From: Neoconidiobolus thromboides FSU 785
Lineage: Eukaryota; Fungi; Entomophthoromycota
DNA length: 64,000 nt
Assembly: GCA_025603075.1 (NCBI GenBank)
Contig: MU626370.1
Span: 1 to 64,000, forward strand
Direction: 5' to 3'
Part shown: positions 31,955-41,618 of the stretch, piece by piece
Numbering within the stretch: the first letter of the stretch is position 1
How the letters are laid out: every line of letters begins with the position of its first letter
Program-made: the position numbers and the translations under genes
The notes under the pieces: generated by a model
What the model was told of the DNA's origin: nothing
What the model saw: only the letters and a program-made list of their open reading frames with translations
The model's database searches: none

Positions 31955-34480
31955 ATGAATCAAGAATATATTGAACCTAGTAAACGAGAGAAGTACGGAA
32001 GTTCTGGTAAAAGCTATCCAGTGAAAACTAATTTTTTTCAAATCCGCCATAACAATTCTGGTACAATTCACCATTATGACGTCAATATCACCCCTGAGGT
32101 CCCAGTAGGGGTGAATAAAGACGTATTTAAAGCATTCGAAGTAAAAAATGCTAACAATGCTAAAGTATTGGGAGGTATATGCGCAGTCTTTGATGGAGCC
32201 AAGAACATGTTTTCACCAAGGGCACTACCATTTGGAAAGCAGTTTGTTGACGAGGTTATTTTACCTGAGGAGGGTGGTAAAAAAAGTAACGAACCAAGAA
32301 AATTTAAACTCAAGATGATGAAGGTCAACGAAGTACCAATCGATATTAATGAGATGCACCAGCGTACATCCAACGGTTTGACTGCAATGATGGCGTTTAA
32401 CGTCTTGTTCAGGCACCAGAATGAAACTAATTTCGTTCAGGTTAAAAATTCATTTTTTATCCGAGAGGATGTAAATGAGCTTTCTGGAGGTGTGGAGTTA
32501 TGGCCAGGTTTCTTTCGCTCCTTCAACTCAGTTGCTGATGGGTTTGCATTAAACATAGATACTACTATTTGTAGCTTTTATCAACCTGGCCCTGTAGTTG
32601 ATATCGTTGCTAAGTTGATTGGGTTAAGAAATCCAAGCGATTTGAGAGACTCAAGAACAAGCAAATATTTTAGAAAAATTAAATCTTTCTTAAAAGGTTT
32701 GAAGGTTACCATGTCCATCAAAGGTGAGCAACCTCGTAGTTACAAAATCCGTAGTGTATCGGACAACTCTGCAGTTGACCAAAAGTTTGACTTGATTGAG
32801 GATGATGTCAATAAAGGTCGTATTAGTGTAGCAAAATACATTGAGAATAAATACAGCATCAAGTTACAGTACCCCAATCTACCTTGTGTTGAAATCAAAA
32901 AGGGGGTTTTATTACCATTAGAACTATTTACAATCTTGCCTGGGCAAAGATACGTTAAAAAGTTGGATGAAAAACAAACAAGTGAGATGATCAAGGTAAC
33001 TTGCATTAAACCATATTTAAGATTCCAGAAAATTGCGAATGGGATGAGACGTATGGCTTTTGAAAAAAACAAATACATCAAGCAGTTTGGGTTGGAAGTT
33101 ACTACAACTGCTAAAGAAGTACCTGCAAGACTATTATCTGCGCCAACCATAAAATATAATCCTTCTTCCAAGGATCATTCTATCCGTCCTGCTAACGGGT
33201 CCTGGAACATGTTAGGAAAAAGGTTGTTCGAAGGAAAGCAAATATCTACTTGGGGAGTGGCTGTATACGCCAGAGAAAATTGGTTACGACGTCCTCAAGT
33301 TGAAAAATTTGTGGATTTGTTTAGCAATGTATGCATAGATACTGGAATGAAAGTGACAGATAAAAGACCTATAATCAAATATTTAAATCCATTTTCTAAT
33401 AGACTTGAAGAGGAATTAGGTAATTTTTATTCTAGCATAAAGAACAACGGAAAAGCAGCCCCTCAGTTAATTCTGTGCATTTTACCAGATCGTGGTAGTG
33501 AGCTTTATGGGGCAATTAAGTCAGCTGCTGAGTTGAAAATTGGAGTCATGACTCAATGTGTACAAGCTAAAAAAGTAGAACGTCCAGACAAGCAGTACTG
33601 TGCTAACGTATGCTTAAAAGTAAATGCAAAATTAGGAGGCATTAATGCTGCAATGCATGAAAATGATTTAGGAGGGATAAATAAGATCCCAACTTTAATC
33701 ATAGGTGCAGATGTAACTCACCCTGCTCCAGGGAATCCAGAAGCCGCTAGTATTGCTGCAGCAATAGGATCTATTGATTTCACTGGGACAAAATATGCAT
33801 CTTCTATTCGAGCACAACATTCTAGACAAGAAGTGATTTCCGATTTTTCTAATATGATAGTCGATTTGCTGAAGATGTTTTATAAAAATACTAAAACCAA
33901 ACCTCAAAAAATTATTTACTATCGTGATGGGGTATCAGATGGTCAATTCCAAACTGTTTTAATTAATGAAATGAAAGCGATCAAAGTAGCTTGTGCTTCT
34001 TTAGAGTCTAATTATAAACCAAAAATAACCTTTGTTGTTGTCCAAAAGCGTCACCATGCCAGATTTATACCTGTTAAAAGAGAAGATGAAGACCGAAGTG
34101 GTAACTGTAAAGCAGGTACTATAGTAGAGGCTGGTATTTGCCACCCATATTATTTTGACTTTTACCTTCAGTCACATGCAGGATTACAAGGAACTTCACG
34201 TCCTTGTCACTATCATGTTTTACATGATGAAAATGTTTTTACTACTGATAAATTCCAACAGTTTACTTATAACCTTTGTTATCTCTTTAATAGAGCTACA
34301 AAATCAGTATCATTAGTTCCACCAGTTTATTATGCTCATTTGGCAGCTACTCGCGCCCGATTTCATTATAAGATTAGTGATGGGATGTCAGATACCACAT
34401 CCATGGTCTCTATAGGCTCGGAGCAACCCGAGTCAAAGAAATTAGTTGGGGATCTTGCCACTAAGATGTATTACGTTTAA
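31955..34480 (+). CDS. AGO: Argonaute (N-PAZ-MID-PIWI)
   Basis: PAZ-like region, TQCV, KVNAKLGGIN, GADVTHP, RQEVI, YRDGVS, QSHAGLQGTSRP and PVYYAHL; intronless, 841 aa. Confidence 0.97.
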   Translation: MNQEYIEPSKREKYGSSGKSYPVKTNFFQIRHNNSGTIHHYDVNITPEVPVGVNKDVFKAFEVKNANNAKVLGGICAVFDGAKNMFSPRALPFGKQFVDEVILPEEGGKKSNEPRKFKLKMMKVNEVPIDINEMHQRTSNGLTAMMAFNVLFRHQNETNFVQVKNSFFIREDVNELSGGVELWPGFFRSFNSVADGFALNIDTTICSFYQPGPVVDIVAKLIGLRNPSDLRDSRTSKYFRKIKSFLKGLKVTMSIKGEQPRSYKIRSVSDNSAVDQKFDLIEDDVNKGRISVAKYIENKYSIKLQYPNLPCVEIKKGVLLPLELFTILPGQRYVKKLDEKQTSEMIKVTCIKPYLRFQKIANGMRRMAFEKNKYIKQFGLEVTTTAKEVPARLLSAPTIKYNPSSKDHSIRPANGSWNMLGKRLFEGKQISTWGVAVYARENWLRRPQVEKFVDLFSNVCIDTGMKVTDKRPIIKYLNPFSNRLEEELGNFYSSIKNNGKAAPQLILCILPDRGSELYGAIKSAAELKIGVMTQCVQAKKVERPDKQYCANVCLKVNAKLGGINAAMHENDLGGINKIPTLIIGADVTHPAPGNPEAASIAAAIGSIDFTGTKYASSIRAQHSRQEVISDFSNMIVDLLKMFYKNTKTKPQKIIYYRDGVSDGQFQTVLINEMKAIKVACASLESNYKPKITFVVVQKRHHARFIPVKREDEDRSGNCKAGTIVEAGICHPYYFDFYLQSHAGLQGTSRPCHYHVLHDENVFTTDKFQQFTYNLCYLFNRATKSVSLVPPVYYAHLAATRARFHYKISDGMSDTTSMVSIGSEQPESKKLVGDLATKMYYV

Positions 34481-34760
34481 TTTTATCAAATTTGTATTAT
34501 ACCAGCTGCAGGTTATATCAAAATAGATTTTGATCCTTGAAATACTGCTTTTATTAAAATATATTGCTATAAATATTATTTTATTTTTTTATTTTATAAT
34601 AATATTCTATTAATATGAATAATTCTTAAAAATCCTATAGATATTTAAGTCAAATCATAAAGTTAGAATAACTCTTATGCCTATAAAAAGATTTATTTAA
34701 AATTATTTGCTTTATTTAAACTTAATACTCCTGTCATATATTGAATTTATAATTTCTTTC

Positions 34761-35806
34761 TTAAAATGAAGGAATTCTTTTAAAACTACTAATAAACATA
34801 TATCTAGAGAACAAGATATAAAGATGACGAAACCAAACCATTTGGGATTGATGTTGATACATAGCATTACGAGAGGTTAACACTTGATTCAAAGAAGATA
34901 TAACCAAAATCTGATTAGGTACATTAATATCTGGTAGATTATGTCTTATTGAAGAAAAAGTGTAATCTATTTTTGATAATGTAAATATAAGATCAAAAAT
35001 TGAAATGTATTTTCTTAATAATGGAATAGATTCTAGCTGATAAGCAACTACTGACTTTTCTTTTTGATTTAATATAGTTGAAGTTTTTAGCATATGTCTA
35101 TAGTCGAGTCATTATTATTTGTAGTTGGATCAAGAATTAAATAACTTACTCCACACCCACTCTTAATGCAATATGATTGATATGTCCAGAAACACCTTGT
35201 AAATCGAAAGTCAAAACCTAAAAATCAAATTAATCATGTAAAAAAACAAAATGTGGTAATTACCGTTCTTATCTTGTTCTTTATAATATAAGTTTCAAGG
35301 ACATTACTAACTTCATGTGGTGGCCATAATTCCTTTGGTCCATCTCTAAAGTTACTATATACTCCTTTAGATATATAAAAATAAAAATACAAAACAAAAT
35401 TACTCTTGGTTTAATACCTTGATATTATTCTTATTGATACCTAATTTACCACATGCTTCAATTAATTCCTTTTCCCTAACTTTACCCAAGTTATCATGAT
35501 CACCTTATAAAACAATTAATAATGCTTAAAATTTTAAACGAAATTACCATTAGATAAACATAGTAAATGAAGATTGACTTTTTTATTCTTAGCTAACTCC
35601 AAAATAATAGGCGAAAAAAACATCACTTCGTCATCGGGGTGAGCAGTAGCTAACAATATATTAGTAAACTTCCAACCGTCCTTTCCTTCTTGATTATCCG
35701 ACAAAAATCGATGATGTGGTAAAGGTAATTGAAAGTACAATACAATACCGTATAATATTAAACTAGGTAATATTATACTCGCTACTACAAAAACATAAGC
35801 CAACAT
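34761..35806 (-). CDS. GPI12: GlcNAc-PI de-N-acetylase (PIG-L), multi-exon
   Basis: AHPDDEVMFFSP, spliced LSNG|DHDNLGKVREKEL, TFDLQGVSGHINH and QHQSQMVWFR. Confidence 0.9.
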
Positions 35807-36432
35807 TTAAAGAGTTTTTTAAAAAACTGGGTTAACTTGTTTTAAAATTAGTTTGTTTCAGTCAGCTTCATTTATGGGCTGAAATTAAGTGAGTGTAATT
35901 GGTCCAGATTGATTTTTAAAATTGCATTTTCAGTAAAAAAAAGTCATGATTTTACTGAAATCGTTATTGATCACTTTTCAATTTCATAACAAATAGTGTT
36001 AAAAAAATCACTCTTATAAAGCTGCGAGTATTTCATCAAAAATATTAAGATCATTATCAAAATTACAAATGTCCTGTAAAATAGATTTATAGGGTACAAT
36101 AGCTTAAAAATTCCATAAATCTATAATATAAAATTCAATTCTTGTTTTGATTGTCTTTTAAGAGTATATAGAGCTTTTTAAATGCTTACAGTTTGATTTA
36201 ATCCTAACAAAGACTTAGGAAGAGACTAAAATCCGCTTAGTCAAAAAAAAGTGACAGAAAAGCCTTCATATTTTGGTCCTTGTCTTCACCAATATAGCTT
36301 TTCAGATAATGTATTTTCAGATAAGCTTCTTGTGAATTGTTATACTCTTATAATAATATTAGGGAAATACACTAACGGCTTTTTAGGGTTAAGAAGCTCA
36401 AAGTTTTGAGTTAATATGATGTTTGTATCAAA

Positions 36433-36539
36433 ATATGGGGATATTCTTTTGGCTTCGTTACTTTTCCCATTTTCTAAGTGCTATTTAAGCGGGAAGATTG
36501 TTGGTAAAAATTATTAAACAAAAAAATACATCACTATAT
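36433..36539 (-). mobile_element. MITE copy
   Basis: ATAT-GGGGATA...TACATCACT-ATAT. Confidence 0.85.
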
Positions 36540-38267
36540 GATCCTGATTCGAACACTTTAATAAACAGTTTAGTTTATGATATTTGACAAAATGTCGTAT
36601 TGCTTACTTATGAATATCACTATGTATCTGCCATAAATACCATCATGTTTATTTTTCTAATAAAGCTATATGATGACTTTATTTAGTGTCATAAATTAAG
36701 TTTTAAGAAGATAAATTTTAATTTATAAATATTTGATATGTTAGTTATTATTGTTCAAGTTAGATATAAAATAGGAATAGATTTAATTTACTATCATTAT
36801 TTTAAAGCTATCAAAATAAAATATGTTTATTGGATATACACAATTAATAAATTAATAAAAACTTTAATATATAATGTTGTACTAACTTAAAATAAAGCTA
36901 TAAAATGAGGACAAAAAAACGAATTAAATTTATAAATTGCTATTTTAATAAATGATACATTAATAAATATAGATTAAATTCAATTATCTAATCACCTATT
37001 CTAAAACTTATTTTTGCATTTAAATCATTTTGAAGTAAAATATCTCTAATTATCGTGTTTACGCTTATATAGCCGATATCATTAATGTAGTATCTAAAAT
37101 TATTACATTCTTAAAGCTTTGATTTTAAATCTCTAAATTTAAAAAAAATCCTATCATTTTGCACAAACAATTCTTTAATTTGAAGATGATATTATCTCGC
37201 ATGTGTACAAAGTAAAGTAATTTAATTTGCTAATTTTTACCGAAACTTCTTTTCTAAAATATCAAAATAGCAGAAGGTTCCATAGGAAAATAATAGTTTA
37301 TATACGGGTTTATTCTTTGAATACACCAAGTTCTACTCAAAGCGGTAATAAAAACCTTGTATACTAAAGGGATAGACTCAAGTTTTGCTTCTCAATAGCT
37401 GGTATCTTCATGTATGTTAATATTTTGCTTCATATTCCTTAATATTAATGAACAAACTAGAATCTTTTAACAATGATTTTATTGTCCGTGATATTACTGT
37501 ATATTAATTCAATAACAACAGATATAAATCCCACCTTTATTTTTCAGGTTATAAACTCGCTTTCTTTCTAAAAAGGTGTACCAGATTAAAAATTAGAAGT
37601 GAAGCTGGCCATGTTTTTAAAATTAGAATATTTAACTTGAATGATAGATATCATATTTGGATACAAGGTATTTTTAAGAATATTTAAGAGACACAAATCA
37701 AATAGAACTCTGTCATAAAATATATATAAGGGTAAAGGTAGAGGGTGGAGTTTATGAGCAAAAGGTATTTTATTTATTTCTATAATTTATGACTCCAAGT
37801 CGTAATTTAATTTACATTTGTACTTTTAATAAAGCTATCTTATACCACTGATAACTTGTTATAAAGATCATTCTCAGATATTTACAAAATTTAATTCAGT
37901 ATTTTTGAACCTTATCTTAATTTAATTATATTGTCATTGGTGCTTACTACCATAATTGGAGTTAATTTACTATTATCTGAATTCCACTTTAATGACCATG
38001 CTTTGTTTTAATATGAAAGGTGAAAGTGGAACAAGATCTTATTGGTTGAAGCTATATGAATTGCTATGACCAATAAAATTTAATTTTTATTTTAACATTC
38101 TTTAAAGGAAATGATTTAATTTGAAAAAAATGAAAAGTATAAAAGAGAGAAGGATAGACTTGAAGTTCTTTGGCTAGTTTCATCTATTTTTACAAAACTA
38201 ATAGTAATAACTTTAAGACTCTACTGATTTAGATACCTCAAAGTTGCTTCATCCCTAATATTATATA

Positions 38268-40301
38268 ATGAAATTCACTTCTCCTATTTTAAAGACCTTA
38301 CTTTTGGGTCTTTTAGCTAACCCTGCTTTAGCTATCCAGCGTATTAAATTCTCTACCTGCCCTGGTGCCGCTTGTATTATGCCAGTAGATGGTGCTGAAT
38401 TCCTTACTGGTGCCCAATTCGATATTCGTGTTGAGATCCATGAAGAAAGTCAAAATAAAGCAAATGGTGACTTTGAGTTAACTGTTTCCAAACTTGGTCG
38501 CAATGGTGTTGAAGAAGAACCAATTTTAGTCAACAACTTTTTCAAGCCTATTAACTCTAACCCAGATTTAGAAAGATGGAACTTCACTTACACTAAAGAT
38601 TCTAAAGATTACTACCAATCATTAGATGGTGACCTTTCCGTAGAACGCCCAGTTCAAGTTGCCTCTAAAATTTGGCGTAACGTTCACTTTAAATCCTCTG
38701 GTAAATATATTGCCACTATCAAATATAATAATGGGGAAACTCACAAAGTTGAATGGATCGTCCGCCCTGCTGCTTGTAAGCGTATTGCTCGTAATGCCAT
38801 TCTTTTCATTGCTGATGGTACGACCATCAACATGATTACCGCTGCTCGTGTCATGGCCCGTAAACAACGTAATGGTAAATTCCCACATAAATTTGAAATG
38901 GATATGACCGATTATATTGGACATGTACAAACTCATTCTCTTGATGCAATGATGACTGACTCTGCCAACTCTGCCTCAGCTTATCACACTGGTCACAAAA
39001 CCGCCGTTAATGCTTTAGGTGTTTACCCTGATTCTTCGCCAAATCATTTTGATGATCCAAAACAAGAATTGTTAGCTGAGTTAGCTCGTCGTCGTTCTAA
39101 ATCTCGTGGTGGCAAAATGGCTATTGGTATTGTTACTACTGCTGAAGTTCAAGATGCTACCCCAGCCGCTGTATTTGCTCATACCCGTCGTCGTGACGAT
39201 AAAGCCGAAATCGTTGATCAACTTATCAACGGTGCTAAAAATGCTAGTATTCCAGTCATTGCTGATGTCTACTTAGGTGGAGGTGGTGCTTACTTCCATA
39301 ATAAGACTGGAGGAAAATCCCTCAAAGGAAACGATTACTACAAAACTTTTGAAAAACTTGGTTACAACATTGTTAATAATGGAGAACAACTTAGAAACTA
39401 CAATGAAGATAAACCTCTTCTTGGTATCTTCCACAAAGGAAACATGGATGTCTTTGTAGATCGTTCTATGTTAAAAGATAACCTTAAAGGAAACAAAGCT
39501 TCCCCAGTTGGTGACAACAAAGATGCTTTAGACCAACCTGGATTAGTAGATATGACCAAGAAAACTTTAAATATTCTTAAGAAACGTGGTGGAGATGCCG
39601 GTTTCTTTGCTATGATTGAAGCTGCTTCCCCAGATAAGCAAATGCACTCTATGGATTTCCATCGTTCCCTTGTTGAAATTATCGAGTTTGACAATGCTAT
39701 TAAAGCCGCTGTTGAATGGGCCCGTAAGAACGATCCATCCACTTTGATCGTCATTACTGCTGATCACGGACATGGTTTTGATGTTTACGGTACTGTTGAT
39801 ACTGAAATTTTCAACAATGCTCCAGTTGACGAGCAAAATCTTTCTAAACGTAATGCTATTGGTGTATATGAATCCTCTGGATGGCCAGACTATAGCCCTG
39901 ATGCTAACGGTTATCCAGCAGAGCTTAATGTACGTACCGTATTCGCTGCCGCAACCAACAATAAGCCAGATAACTTTGAAAACTTCCAAATGAACCGCAC
40001 TAAATCTCGTAAACCAGCTGTTGATTCTCACTCAAAAGAACATAAATACCAGGTTTCAGTTGCCAACAAAGACTTTGGTAAAGGTGGTATGTTTGTAGGC
40101 GGCAACCTTCCAGTTGAGAATGACCAAGCTGTTCACTCCATGACTGATGTAGGTATTTTTGCCTCTGGTCCAGGAGCTCATTTATTTGGTAAAGTTATGG
40201 ATTCTACTGAAGTTTTCTTTAACTTTGCTTATGCTCTTGGCCTTGGTGAAGTTGATCCAAAAGAATGTTCTAAATGCCCAAAGAAGAGAAAGCACTATTA
40301 A
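38268..40301 (+). CDS. Secreted alkaline phosphatase (PhoA/ALP family) with N-terminal extension
   Basis: Signal peptide; LFIADG, DSANSAS (catalytic Ser), DATPAA, EAASPDKQMH, TADHGH and HSMTDV. Confidence 0.92.
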   Translation: MKFTSPILKTLLLGLLANPALAIQRIKFSTCPGAACIMPVDGAEFLTGAQFDIRVEIHEESQNKANGDFELTVSKLGRNGVEEEPILVNNFFKPINSNPDLERWNFTYTKDSKDYYQSLDGDLSVERPVQVASKIWRNVHFKSSGKYIATIKYNNGETHKVEWIVRPAACKRIARNAILFIADGTTINMITAARVMARKQRNGKFPHKFEMDMTDYIGHVQTHSLDAMMTDSANSASAYHTGHKTAVNALGVYPDSSPNHFDDPKQELLAELARRRSKSRGGKMAIGIVTTAEVQDATPAAVFAHTRRRDDKAEIVDQLINGAKNASIPVIADVYLGGGGAYFHNKTGGKSLKGNDYYKTFEKLGYNIVNNGEQLRNYNEDKPLLGIFHKGNMDVFVDRSMLKDNLKGNKASPVGDNKDALDQPGLVDMTKKTLNILKKRGGDAGFFAMIEAASPDKQMHSMDFHRSLVEIIEFDNAIKAAVEWARKNDPSTLIVITADHGHGFDVYGTVDTEIFNNAPVDEQNLSKRNAIGVYESSGWPDYSPDANGYPAELNVRTVFAAATNNKPDNFENFQMNRTKSRKPAVDSHSKEHKYQVSVANKDFGKGGMFVGGNLPVENDQAVHSMTDVGIFASGPGAHLFGKVMDSTEVFFNFAYALGLGEVDPKECSKCPKKRKHY

Positions 40302-40435
40302 GCTTATAAAATTAATTTGATATATTTAATAAACTATTAATAATTATTTAATATTCTGATTATTACTTTCTTTATATCAACTATTACATAGTAAAAAAAT
40401 GTATAAATAATGTTTAATATTTTAATTTGATTTAT

Positions 40436-40727
40436 TTAAGCAGAGTTACATTTCTCACATTCTTTCATATCATCAAATGGTCCACATAATGGATCTTCAG
40501 CATCAACTTTAACACAACCATTGGTAGTAGCTATATACTGATAGGTATCAATCTTGCAATCCCCAGGTCTAGCTGAAGATAAGCATAATAAAGCTCTATT
40601 TGAAAGTTAATATGGTTAATAAGTTGAATTTATGTTTATACCTGTCATCTTCACTGATGGGACTTAAAGCTGCAACGGTGCTTAAACCAAGAAGTAAAGA
40701 TATGAAGTTATTTTTTTTGATATACAT
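40436..40727 (-). CDS. Small secreted six-Cys protein (81 aa), Kunitz/BPTI-like, 2 exons
   Basis: Exons 40727-40642 and 40595-40436 with a 46-nt GT-AG intron give MYIKKNNFISLLLGLSTVAALSPISEDDRALLCLSSARPGDCKIDTYQYIATTNGCVKVDAEDPLCGPFDDMKECEKCNSA. Not in the ORF track. Confidence 0.75.
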
Positions 40728-41021
40728 AGTTTGACGGTTAATACAAAAATAAAGTTTTTTTCCTAAAGCTTTATAGTCTTTTTAAAAAACATAAGGTAAT
40801 TATTGGTTTTAAAATCAAGTTGATCATTAAAGATATCCTAATTCTAAGTTGAAAATTGAAAATCAAACATATTAAATTACTTTTTTTATTCTGACAGTTT
40901 ATCACACCCTGATTTAATATTTGCAAAATAGCAGTTCATCCTATGCTTGAAAATAAAATAGTATTTTTAAAATTATTAAAATTATGTTTGTATACACTTA
41001 AACTAAGCTAATCGAAATAGC

Positions 41022-41124
41022 ATATGGGTGTCTTTTTTTGTTCAAGAACCTTGGTAATATCTTTTTTATTTAATAGTGCTTAAAAATGGAAAAAGCGATT
41101 AAAGTAAAAAAGACATATCTATAT
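41022..41124 (+). mobile_element. Diverged MITE copy
   Basis: ATAT-GGGTGTC...TAATAGTGCTTAAAAATGG...ACATATCT-ATAT. Confidence 0.7.
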
Positions 41125-41618
41125 AAAGACAAAAGGTTAAATAATATGGTTTTTATATAATATTTATATTTAGTTTTACATATAACATGAACTCAATTAA
41201 TATATTAAATACCATCATTTTAGCAAGCGCAAAATATCTTATTCTAATTTAAAACTCATTTATTACATTTACTATTGATTTTCTTTAGATGACAATCTTA
41301 GTATTTGTGAAGTATATTAAAAATTTAAACACTTAAATCAAAAAGTACTTTATTAAAATTTATTGTCTTTTAAATTGAGTTATTGAAAATAAGAAATAAA
41401 AAATATTTAAAGCTGATGATATATTTATGTTTATCAAATGGTTGATTTGGTTTTTAATATTTAAACTTTATTACCTAATACAGATTAACATATTTAAAAC
41501 TATAAATAAAATTATTTGAATAATTAGTTATATGAAAGGATTATAACTGAACTTAATAAATCAAGGATATAAATTGTATCCCTATTTTGGATGCTATGCT
41601 AGTACCTTATAGGTGTGA

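Noticed and set aside
37250-37700. LINE C-terminal relic (FLKYL, YKVFI) on the minus strand
   Set aside because: Too degraded to support.
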